Virus record (IMG/VR): IMGVR_UViG_3300050331_000090
Location: 1-38,095 of that record
Strand: one strand, 5' to 3'
Length of the DNA: 38,095 bases
From: a virus
Lineage: Duplodnaviria > Caudoviricetes
A program made the translations under genes and the position numbers. This document shows, one piece after another, positions 27,349-34,081 of the stretch. The notes under the pieces were generated by a model. That model was not told the DNA's origin, did no database searches, and saw only the letters and a program-made list of their open reading frames with translations. The number at the start of each line of letters is the position of its first letter. The stretch's first letter is position 1.

Positions 27349-27708
27349 CTAGAGTCCACCAGTCTTGTTCAGCTCCAACCAGAGCAAGGCCGCTGCCTCG
27401 ACTGGGTTTTCATCAATGGGGCCATCAACTGACCCGAAGCCAATTTCGTATCCCACCTGATCACGGATAAGTCCCTTAGTGAGTTGGAGGTGGTCATTGG
27501 AGGCATCTCGAACCGGCAACAGCTCCATAATTTCAGTCAGGAGGGGGGCGGCTACAGAAAGGCTATCACCGGAATCGCTGGTGACTCCGTAGTCAGTAAC
27601 GTCCCACTGACCAGGGATATCCTCGTTCCAGTGAAAGAGTGTCTCTTGCGGAAACCCAGCCTTTTTCAGCTTCTGGCAGGTTTCTAAAGGTGGTACGTGG
27701 TTAGTCAT
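27349..27708 (-). CDS. Phage hypothetical protein (MTNHVPPLETCQKLKKAGFPQ...)
   Basis: LETCQKLKKAGFPQ and APLLTEIMELLP motifs resemble a common small phage family; start ATG 27708 is preferred but uncertain. Confidence 0.65.
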   Translation of the reverse strand: MTNHVPPLETCQKLKKAGFPQETLFHWNEDIPGQWDVTDYGVTSDSGDSLSVAAPLLTEIMELLPVRDASNDHLQLTKGLIRDQVGYEIGFGSVDGPIDENPVEAAALLWLELNKTGGL

Positions 27709-27772
27709 AAAATAATTGGCGGGTTTCTGGCCCCGCCGTGCCATTACTATTTCAACCGTTTGGTTGAAATGG

Positions 27773-28000
27773 TCAAATTCTGTCCTCGACATCCACCTGA
27801 TCCATGATACTGATGCCGATACCTAAATCCTGACTCACCAGGCTGACCACCTCGTTCAACCGATCATCCGCATCTTCGAGGCAGTTGGCCTCGATGCTGA
27901 TATCAGCGGTGAACACATAGACCTGGGTGCGCTCCTCGGCATCACGGTTCAGCTCTGCCAGGATCTCTCGATCTCCGTCCGTTAAGATCTTCGGTGCCAT
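27773..28000 (-). CDS. Small acidic hypothetical protein (LTDGDREILAE N-terminus)
   Basis: GGAG SD; shares its N-terminus with 29621..29797. Confidence 0.6.
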   Translation of the reverse strand: MAPKILTDGDREILAELNRDAEERTQVYVFTADISIEANCLEDADDRLNEVVSLVSQDLGIGISIMDQVDVEDRI

Positions 28001-28050
28001 CTCAGCTCCACTCGCTCCAGGCCAGAACATCCGGCCTCGATGGAATGGGA

Positions 28051-28323
28051 CTAACCTTTTAACTCCGAAGCTATGCGATATACCTTTCTGGCCTCGTCAA
28101 CTGAGCGCATCTCAGCACTGTGATATTGGTATCCCAGACGATGGCTGATATAGGCGTACTGGTAGAACTTGCTCCAGAAATCCATGGCTTCCAAGAAGGC
28201 TTCGGTGTGCCCCTGACGCATCTGCTCTTCTAGTGAGGCGATGTCCTGCTCCAGGTACGCTGTGATCTCCTCCAGCTTGCGCTGGCTCCGGTCTGACTTG
28301 AGCCTCGGTTGTGTCGCAACCAA
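28051..28323 (-). pseudogene. Truncated/chimeric second ArdC-like copy
   Basis: First ~58 aa nearly identical to 26250..27269, followed by an unrelated tail. Confidence 0.8.
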
Positions 28324-28375
28324 TGCCTTTCCCTTTCGTTAGCGACCCCCGACCCGATGTCAGAAGTCCCTTCCG

Positions 28376-29560
28376 TCAGGGAAGCAGCTGTGGTGGCTGG
28401 CTTATAGAGTCCGTCAGACTTTCGGCAATGGCTTCGACCACATTGACCGTCACAGCATTACCCAAAGCCTTGTATCGCCTAGTGTCTGACATCGACCCAT
28501 TACTACCTTGAGCTGTCCAGCCGTCGGGGAAGCCTTGGAGTCGTTCACATTCGGTAGGAGTCAGGCGCCGGATTAGGTCTACTAGCTGGTAATTTCTGCT
28601 TGCTCCAGATCTAATGGCAGCAGAGGTGTCTCTGGCTGTGACGTTGCCTCCCATGTTCTGGTGATACACCATCGGCTCATGACCATGGCTCTGAGCCTTG
28701 AGGGTTGGAGCTTGATCCATCACATCAGGAGACTTGTCTCGGTGGCCGTAGTGGGTCAGAATCTTGGGGATAGCAGCACCGCCCGCTTGTGCACCAGGGC
28801 TGATTGTGGGACTGATGCCCTCGTCTTCATAGATTCGGTGATCTTGAGCGGCACCAGGATTGATTTGAAGGATGTTATACCGGCCCTGTACCTCTTGAGA
28901 TGACAGGGTAGGGCTTATGCCGCTGGGGTCGAACACTCGGGCTGGTTGCTTATGTCCTCGACTGAGGTGCGCTTGGTCTTCCCAGCGGGGTGTACCGATC
29001 GATCCGACATATTCTTGACCAACTTGGCTGTTGCTTCCGGCGAGAGGAAATACTTGGGGTCGGGGTTCTCCTCTAAGATGTCCGATAATGAACACCCGTT
29101 CCCGATTTTGTGGGACACCGAAATCCTTGCTGTTAAGCACTTGCCATTGGAGGTCATACCCCAGGCCATCAAGCGTTTCGATGATGATGTGGAAGGTTTG
29201 CCCGCCGTCGTGGCTGAGGAGTCCTTTGACGTTCTCAAGGACAAAACAACGGGGCCGTCTTTGATCGAGAATCCGTGCGATGTCAAAAAAGAGCGTACCC
29301 CTGGTATCGAGAAATCCCAGTCGCTTTCCGGCAACAGAGAAGGCTTGGCAGGGGAATCCTCCGACAAGACAGTCGAACTCAGGAAGCTCGTCTGCTCCAA
29401 CGGTGGTGATGTCTCGTCTGTCGATGGTGTGTTCAAAGTGGTAGTCATAAATATCAGCGGCGTAGCTATCCCATTCATTCGCATAGACAACCTCATGCCC
29501 TAGACGGGTGAACGCCAGATCAAATCCTCCAATACCAGCAAATAAGCTTGCAATCCTCAT
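28376..29560 (-). CDS. Orphan DNA cytosine-5 methyltransferase with repeated TRD-like segments
   Basis: FAGIGG, GFPCQAFS, ENVKGL, QNRERVF, LTPTECERLQGFPD, ALGNAV. Confidence 0.95.
   Translation of the reverse strand: MRIASLFAGIGGFDLAFTRLGHEVVYANEWDSYAADIYDYHFEHTIDRRDITTVGADELPEFDCLVGGFPCQAFSVAGKRLGFLDTRGTLFFDIARILDQRRPRCFVLENVKGLLSHDGGQTFHIIIETLDGLGYDLQWQVLNSKDFGVPQNRERVFIIGHLRGEPRPQVFPLAGSNSQVGQEYVGSIGTPRWEDQAHLSRGHKQPARVFDPSGISPTLSSQEVQGRYNILQINPGAAQDHRIYEDEGISPTISPGAQAGGAAIPKILTHYGHRDKSPDVMDQAPTLKAQSHGHEPMVYHQNMGGNVTARDTSAAIRSGASRNYQLVDLIRRLTPTECERLQGFPDGWTAQGSNGSMSDTRRYKALGNAVTVNVVEAIAESLTDSISQPPQLLP
28915..29448 (-). CDS. Overlapping alternative-frame MTase beta-subunit-like ORF
   Basis: +1 frame open >=177 codons with WGMTSNG...CSLSDILEENPDPKYFLSPE; start uncertain. 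Confidence 0.65.
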   Translation of the reverse strand: MTTTLNTPSTDETSPPLEQTSFLSSTVLSEDSPAKPSLLPESDWDFSIPGVRSFLTSHGFSIKDGPVVLSLRTSKDSSATTAGKPSTSSSKRLMAWGMTSNGKCLTARISVSHKIGNGCSLSDILEENPDPKYFLSPEATAKLVKNMSDRSVHPAGKTKRTSVEDISNQPECSTPAA

Positions 29561-29587
29561 ACACCTCCACTAAAAGCCAATTAGGTT

Positions 29588-29615
29588 GGCAGGTCCAGAG
29601 TCTCCCAGACCTGCC
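29588..29615. terminator. Hairpin between the early ORFs and the MTase
   Basis: GGCAGGTC/GACCTGCC stem; no clear U tract. Confidence 0.4.
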
Positions 29616-29620
29616 TTGAT

Positions 29621-29797
29621 TTAATACGTCGCCATTCTCATCGCCTGGTCATAGCAGTCCGCTACGTCCTCCTCCCACTCCATCGTTCGGTAGAAGGCGT
29701 CATCCTGTTCCCAGGCTCTCAGCTCCTCCTCGGTTGGTTGGCAATCTCGCTCGATTTCAGCCAGGATCTCTCGCTCTCCATCGGTGAGTTGTCTCAT
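29621..29797 (-). CDS. Small acidic protein (58 aa, MRQLTDGEREILAE...)
   Basis: ATGA coupling; paralogous N-terminus. Confidence 0.65.
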   Translation of the reverse strand: MRQLTDGEREILAEIERDCQPTEEELRAWEQDDAFYRTMEWEEDVADCYDQAMRMATY

Positions 29798-29895
29798 TCG
29801 ACCGTCGCCTTGGTGTGGGCGTCGAACTCCGGCTTCGGCGGGAGCTGTCCGAGTGGATGGCTCAGGAACCTCAGAAGGCGTCTCAGTCGTTTCAT
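29794..29895 (-). CDS. 33-aa peptide (MKRLRRLLRFLSHP...)
   Basis: ATGA overlaps at both ends. Confidence 0.5.
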   Translation of the reverse strand: MKRLRRLLRFLSHPLGQLPPKPEFDAHTKATVE

Positions 29896-30125
29896 CTCGG
29901 AACCTCCAGAACTGGTTGACCTTTGACGATGGTGGCCTCTGAGGTGTACTCCAGGCCCGTGACGCTATATCCACCAACAACCAATGCCAGCGGAATGTAT
30001 TTGCCCAGCTTGGCGGTATCCTCGATGAGCGATGGCAGAAGCCGCTGCTCAAGTTGGATTTCCAAAAAGGGCTGGCTCAGCTCCGTCTCGCCTTTGAGTA
30101 GGCGAAACTCCACCCCGACTTTCAC
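29892..30125 (-). CDS. Hypothetical protein (~77 aa)
   Basis: GTG start after the structured spacer; stop coupled to the next ORF. Confidence 0.5.
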   Translation of the reverse strand: MKVGVEFRLLKGETELSQPFLEIQLEQRLLPSLIEDTAKLGKYIPLALVVGGYSVTGLEYTSEATIVKGQPVLEVPR

Positions 30126-30216
30126 TTGTGCTCTCTGCCGTTCTAGGAGGGGGTTGTGGCCTCCCGCCTGCCGCTGGCACGTTTCTAGTGGAACTCCGTG
30201 TGGGGCAGGGGGCAAG

Positions 30217-30314
30217 CAACAAACACTCCGCCCACAGAGCGATCAGTGGGAGTCAATCGCTCTGGAGCGCTCGTAGTCGCTCCAGCATTTCTGCTGAAGG
30301 CGGAACGTTCGTTG
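30217..30314 (-). ncRNA. Candidate structured RNA/ssDNA element: four-way junction
   Basis: 16-bp closing stem with G-U pairs on minus, three internal hairpins, GAAA tetraloop. Confidence 0.55.
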
Positions 30315-30388
30315 TGGGTTGTCAGGGTGCTATTTACGCGCGAGCCGGGGGGCGGCGCCAATTGATTCCAACTTGGTCGTGATGCGTC

Positions 30389-30568
30389 CTATCGAAACAA
30401 GCGACCCTCAGCGTGGGCGTGGAACCTTACCCTTGTCCGGCTCGAACTGAAGCCCCTTGGTGGGGAGGCGCCAATTCCAACCGGCTCGTTGAGAATGCAG
30501 GTATCTATCAGCTCCACCAGATCCCCAGCGAGAATCTCTAACCGATCCTTGGACTCTTGCTCATTCAT
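30389..30568 (-). CDS. Hypothetical protein (59 aa, MNEQESKDRLEILAG...)
   Basis: ATGA coupling; below track cutoff. Confidence 0.5.
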   Translation of the reverse strand: MNEQESKDRLEILAGDLVELIDTCILNEPVGIGASPPRGFSSSRTRVRFHAHAEGRLFR

Positions 30569-30735
30569 TCTACACCCGCCTGTTTCTCTAACTCCTGTAT
30601 GGTAATTGCTACATTCTCCGCCAACAGGTCAACATCGAGTGTTTCCCCATCCATATCACAGGAGTCTTGCCAGACCTTATTGAACGCTTCTACCTGAACC
30701 TGAATGTCGTGTTTCTTGAGTTCTTCTGGGGTCAT
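30565..30735 (-). CDS. Hypothetical protein (56 aa, MTPEELKKHDIQ...)
   Basis: GGAGG SD; ATGA coupling at both ends. Confidence 0.65.
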   Translation of the reverse strand: MTPEELKKHDIQVQVEAFNKVWQDSCDMDGETLDVDLLAENVAITIQELEKQAGVE

Positions 30736-31034
30736 GTTTGTTCCTCCTGCTCCGGCTGACCGAAGGCTTTGCGGATGTCCGCTATACGGTCATCTAATGA
30801 GGGAATCAAAATAAAGTCCCTGGAAGATCCAGGTGGCAGGAACTTCAGGTAATCTTCTTTGAGCTGGGTCAACTCATCGACTCGTGCCTGTTGCTTAGCC
30901 TGCTCGATCAGCTCTCGGAGTTGGGCTTTGGCTTGGTCAAAGGTGAAATCCCGGTCTGGATCGAACTTCAATCCGTTAGCGGTCCAATAGGTCAGTTTGC
31001 TCAAGATTTCGTCAATCGTCTTAGGGTTTTCCAT
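30732..31034 (-). CDS. Phage hypothetical protein
   Basis: GGAGG SD; DQAKAQLRELIE...ARVDEL pattern. Confidence 0.7.
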   Translation of the reverse strand: MENPKTIDEILSKLTYWTANGLKFDPDRDFTFDQAKAQLRELIEQAKQQARVDELTQLKEDYLKFLPPGSSRDFILIPSLDDRIADIRKAFGQPEQEEQT

Positions 31035-31239
31035 TATCCTCCGTTTCTATCAAGACCGGATTGATTGCTTGACCATTCCTGATGTCATATTGATAAATAA
31101 GTGGCTTCAAAGTGTGCCAGCCTGGGGCGAGTGCTGCCCGAGTAGTCTCTAATTCAGCTGATCGAGCTTCATCGAGTGTCCAGTGCTTGCTGACAGCGGC
31201 TCCGCTGATTGGATCGTGATTCACATAAAGGTGCTTCAT
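31021..31239 (-). CDS. Hypothetical protein
   Basis: GGAGG SD, part of a coupled operon. Confidence 0.65.
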   Translation of the reverse strand: MKHLYVNHDPISGAAVSKHWTLDEARSAELETTRAALAPGWHTLKPLIYQYDIRNGQAINPVLIETEDNGKP

Positions 31240-31409
31240 TTTTCCTCCCTATACTGGTCATCTGGCTCTTGCTCCCAGCAATGCTCGTGGTAGGTATGAT
31301 CACCATCTGCATCCACTTGGTAGGCATTGGGATGTTCTGGGTGGGCTTCGATCATTTCACCACAGGCGGCACACTCAACTGGTTCAGCTAGTCGGATGAA
31401 CTCGGCCAT
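31236..31409 (-). CDS. Small zinc-finger protein (57 aa, CxxC...HxxC)
   Basis: MAEFIRLAEPVECAACGE...YHEHCWEQ; TAATG and ATGA coupling. Confidence 0.7.
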   Translation of the reverse strand: MAEFIRLAEPVECAACGEMIEAHPEHPNAYQVDADGDHTYHEHCWEQEPDDQYREEK

Positions 31410-31795
31410 TACTTAACCTCCTTCACCTGCACGTAGCTGGTGGTTACTTCTTCGACTCCGGCCAGTGGCTGGGTCTTGTACTCCCGCTTGACGGCGTAGG
31501 TGTCCAGCTTCAGACACTTGTCTAGCGTCTTGCGCTCACGTAGGGCGGCTACAACCGCTTCCTCATCGGTGATCTTCAAATCGGTTCGCTCAACCAGCGT
31601 TGCAACCGTATTGCTGTCTTCATCGATCTGAGTCTTGATACCCCGACTCTTCATCGACTGCTCAAGTGTTGCCCGTAGCTCGGTCTCTTCCAATTGGAGA
31701 GGTGCCAGCTTTTCGGCATACTCAGTATTCAGCGCTTCGATGGCTGTCGTTACTTTGGCTAATTCGCTTAATGTGGATTGACTCTTAATTGTCAT
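31409..31795 (-). CDS. Mu Gam/gp157-like host-nuclease inhibitor
   Basis: N-terminal coiled coil, ITDEEAVVAAL...KLDTYAVK...LAGVEEV pattern. Confidence 0.6.
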   Translation of the reverse strand: MTIKSQSTLSELAKVTTAIEALNTEYAEKLAPLQLEETELRATLEQSMKSRGIKTQIDEDSNTVATLVERTDLKITDEEAVVAALRERKTLDKCLKLDTYAVKREYKTQPLAGVEEVTTSYVQVKEVK

Positions 31796-31816
31796 AAATG
31801 ATTACCTCCTATAACT

Positions 31817-31845
31817 ATTAAAACAAACAATCATGTTCAAGTCAA
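31817..31845 (-). promoter_or_regulatory. Sigma70-like promoter
   Basis: TTGACT-17 nt-TTTAAT in an AT-rich gap, followed by AGGAGG. Confidence 0.65.
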
Positions 31846-31855
31846 TATAGATGGT

Positions 31856-32080
31856 TTACCTGAGTTGATGCTCTAAATCGTGGATCAGTGCGCTTGCTTC
31901 TCTTTGCGTTAGGTGATGATGCTGGTATTTCCAGATGACTCCATGTGTTCGTGCGTTGATCTTGCGGTTGTGCTTGAGCTTTTCCTCATCAGGTGCTCTG
32001 CTCGCTTGTAAGTGTTTGATGATAGCGGCTTGCCGTTTGGCGTCTTCCATGATGTAGTTGACATTAATTTCTCCGTGCAT
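31856..32080 (-). CDS. Hypothetical protein
   Basis: AAGGAGGT SD; C-terminal LTQREASALIHDL helix. Confidence 0.65.
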   Translation of the reverse strand: MHGEINVNYIMEDAKRQAAIIKHLQASRAPDEEKLKHNRKINARTHGVIWKYQHHHLTQREASALIHDLEHQLR

Positions 32081-32109
32081 GGTTACCTCCTTCGTTGGGG
32101 GGCTGCCTG

Positions 32110-32200
32110 CCCCTGATTACTTGCTCCTTGGTGCAAGTGAGTGCAAGAGCAGTAGCGCAGCGACTCTTGCGCCACTTGCGACAATGGGAGCAATCAGGGG
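32110..32200. other. ~90-nt imperfect long hairpin
   Basis: Four nested stems: CCCCTGATT, TTGCTCC, GCAAGTG and GCAAGAG, each with its reverse complement. Confidence 0.8.
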
Positions 32201-32333
32201 ATAGCTGTCCCTTGGATGTGTGCTGACTGATATGGGCAGGAGGCGCCGTAGCGATGTGACGCGGCTTTGCCGGGTCAGCTCGCAAGGCGCCTTAGTAAGC
32301 GGTGGGCTTTACGAAGTCTCTCTCCTGACTTCG

Positions 32334-32840
32334 TTACCGCTTGGGTTTGCGGTCGCCAACCTGCTGGCGCTGCTTGAGCGATGCGATCTGCTCAGCTACC
32401 TCGCCTGGGTAGTCCTCAGAGCCCGTTGTTACTCGCAGCTGCTGTACCAGTTCGGCTGCTGCCTTGTTCTCTGGGAAGAGCCCTTCCATCAGCTGGGCAA
32501 CGACTAGTATCCCGAGTCGGTTGAGCTTGACCTGCATCGACGTGTTGCTGAGTTGCTGTAACAGCTCGGCATTGGTGGCTGGCCGGCAGTCCTCGTTGGC
32601 CATAACCCGGCGTAGCAGTTCGCGGATGTGCTGGCGGTAGAGTGGATCTGACACCATCCCCGCTGGGCGCCGTAACAGGATGAACGAATCCCAGATGGCT
32701 TGAGCGTGGTCTGGGTAGGCTGCCTGGTATTGAGCGATTTCGTCCTCGGCGAGCTTCATGTCGTCGAAGACGGTTTGTAGGCCGCTTAGGCCAGTGAGTG
32801 CTTCTACCTGATTGATCAGTGTAGGCATGCATTGCTTCAC
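32334..32840 (-). CDS. Hypothetical protein
   Basis: 168 aa helical protein; start could be ATG 32828 after GGAGG. Confidence 0.7.
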   Translation of the reverse strand: MKQCMPTLINQVEALTGLSGLQTVFDDMKLAEDEIAQYQAAYPDHAQAIWDSFILLRRPAGMVSDPLYRQHIRELLRRVMANEDCRPATNAELLQQLSNTSMQVKLNRLGILVVAQLMEGLFPENKAAAELVQQLRVTTGSEDYPGEVAEQIASLKQRQQVGDRKPKR

Positions 32841-32849
32841 CTCCAGTTC

Positions 32850-33242
32850 TGGCAGTGATCTGCCATCACCTCATGGCCACATGAGGTCAAGCCCTTTAGC
32901 GGCTTGAGCCATGTGAGCACAATGAGGAGAGCAGGACGCTGCTTCCCCTCGGGAGCGAGCCTTCCTGGAAGGTTGAGGGCTGGCTTTGCCAGTCCGGGCG
33001 GGTTATGGGTGTCCCAGCCTGTTAGGCCGGGTTCCACTGTGGTTGGAAGTGAAGGGGTAGCTTTGCTGCCCCGTTGTACCCCGGTTGGGTAGACCAGGTT
33101 TATGGGTGGCCGGCAGCGGTTATCGGGAGCCGGCCCGATGCGCCAGCATCATCGAATGCAGTTCGTTTGACTGACTCGTCAGTTTGGAGATTTCTCTTAG
33201 ATAGTTCGCTAAATCGGACCTTTGACAACGAAGTTTGACAAC
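32850..33242. other. Hairpin-dense non-coding region, candidate oriT/ssi
   Basis: At least seven short inverted repeats plus tandem TTTGACAAC, adjacent to the relaxase. Confidence 0.45.
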
Positions 33243-33253
33243 CCCAGCGACAG

Positions 33254-34081
33254 CTAGGAGGCCAGCTTGGCGCGAATCGTGCGCGGTTTGGCGGTCGCCA
33301 CCAGAAACTCGTAGTCGAAAAACTCGGTCGGATTGGCCAGCATATCGATAGTGCCGAACCAGAAATTGGATCGGCCACCCACTCGCTCGTCCTGGGTTTC
33401 GGTTCGCAGACTTTCGGCCCGTGCCCAGGTGGTGCAGAAGGTGAAGACAATCGGCTGAGTCGGAAACTGGCCGCGCTGGTGCATCAGCTCGATGTAGCGG
33501 GGCACCTTCTTGACGAAGGCCGCAGGCGAGAGGCCTTTGACCTTGCTGGTGCGCTCGACCTCGATCAAGGCACAGAGTTCTGTGTAGCCATCCGTCAGGT
33601 GGATATATCCGTCAGGCAGCAGGCCAGTCCATTCCGACCGAATCCAGTCTTCGTCCTTGAAGTCGGCCACATCCAGGCCAGCAAAGTAGCCAGCCGCTTC
33701 AAAGGCAATCAAGGCATCATGGGTGGCGATGTAGTGGGGAGCGAAGTAGGGACTGCGCTGGTGAGAGAGCTTGCGAATGACGCCAGCTATTTCCTCTGAA
33801 TCCCAATAATCCCGCAGAACCTTGGCCCCAGCTTTGGTCAGTTTCTTGGTTGCGAACCTGCCAACCTGTTCGGTAATGATGAGCCCCATATGCTCCAAGG
33901 GGGTAACACAGTTGCGGTAGCAATCGCGCAGCGCATGGTCACGACTCCGCGGCTGGCCGCCGAGCGGAGCGGGTAGACCCTCGAATAAAAGTCGGGCGAT
34001 CTGGGCCGTCGTCAGCCTGCCGTACAGGTTCAGCGCTGCCAGCGTTTCGATTGGGTTTTCCAGTTGATCCAAGGACTTCAT
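33254..34081 (-). CDS. Replication-relaxation (Replic_Relax/MOB_C-like) protein
   Basis: N-terminal winged HTH (LTTAQIARLLF), PHYIATHD, LPDG...LIEVERTSK...KVPRY. Confidence 0.85.
   Translation of the reverse strand: MKSLDQLENPIETLAALNLYGRLTTAQIARLLFEGLPAPLGGQPRSRDHALRDCYRNCVTPLEHMGLIITEQVGRFATKKLTKAGAKVLRDYWDSEEIAGVIRKLSHQRSPYFAPHYIATHDALIAFEAAGYFAGLDVADFKDEDWIRSEWTGLLPDGYIHLTDGYTELCALIEVERTSKVKGLSPAAFVKKVPRYIELMHQRGQFPTQPIVFTFCTTWARAESLRTETQDERVGGRSNFWFGTIDMLANPTEFFDYEFLVATAKPRTIRAKLAS

Noticed and set aside
26373-27470. 365-aa plus-strand ORF
   Set aside because: Antisense shadow of the ArdC-like gene with no recognisable motifs
27101-28325. DGR template/variable repeat pair
   Set aside because: Mismatches are mostly synonymous and not adenine-specific, and no reverse transcriptase is present
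30217-30314. tRNA
   Set aside because: Cloverleaf-like but lacks a TTC T-loop, D-loop GG, 7-nt anticodon loop and CCA
32064-32285. 73-aa ORF
   Set aside because: Coincides with the long hairpin, and its composition is not protein-like
32837-33450. Track ORFs 32837..33037, 32904..33092 and 33100..33450
   Set aside because: No RBS or motifs; they overlap the hairpin region or the relaxase
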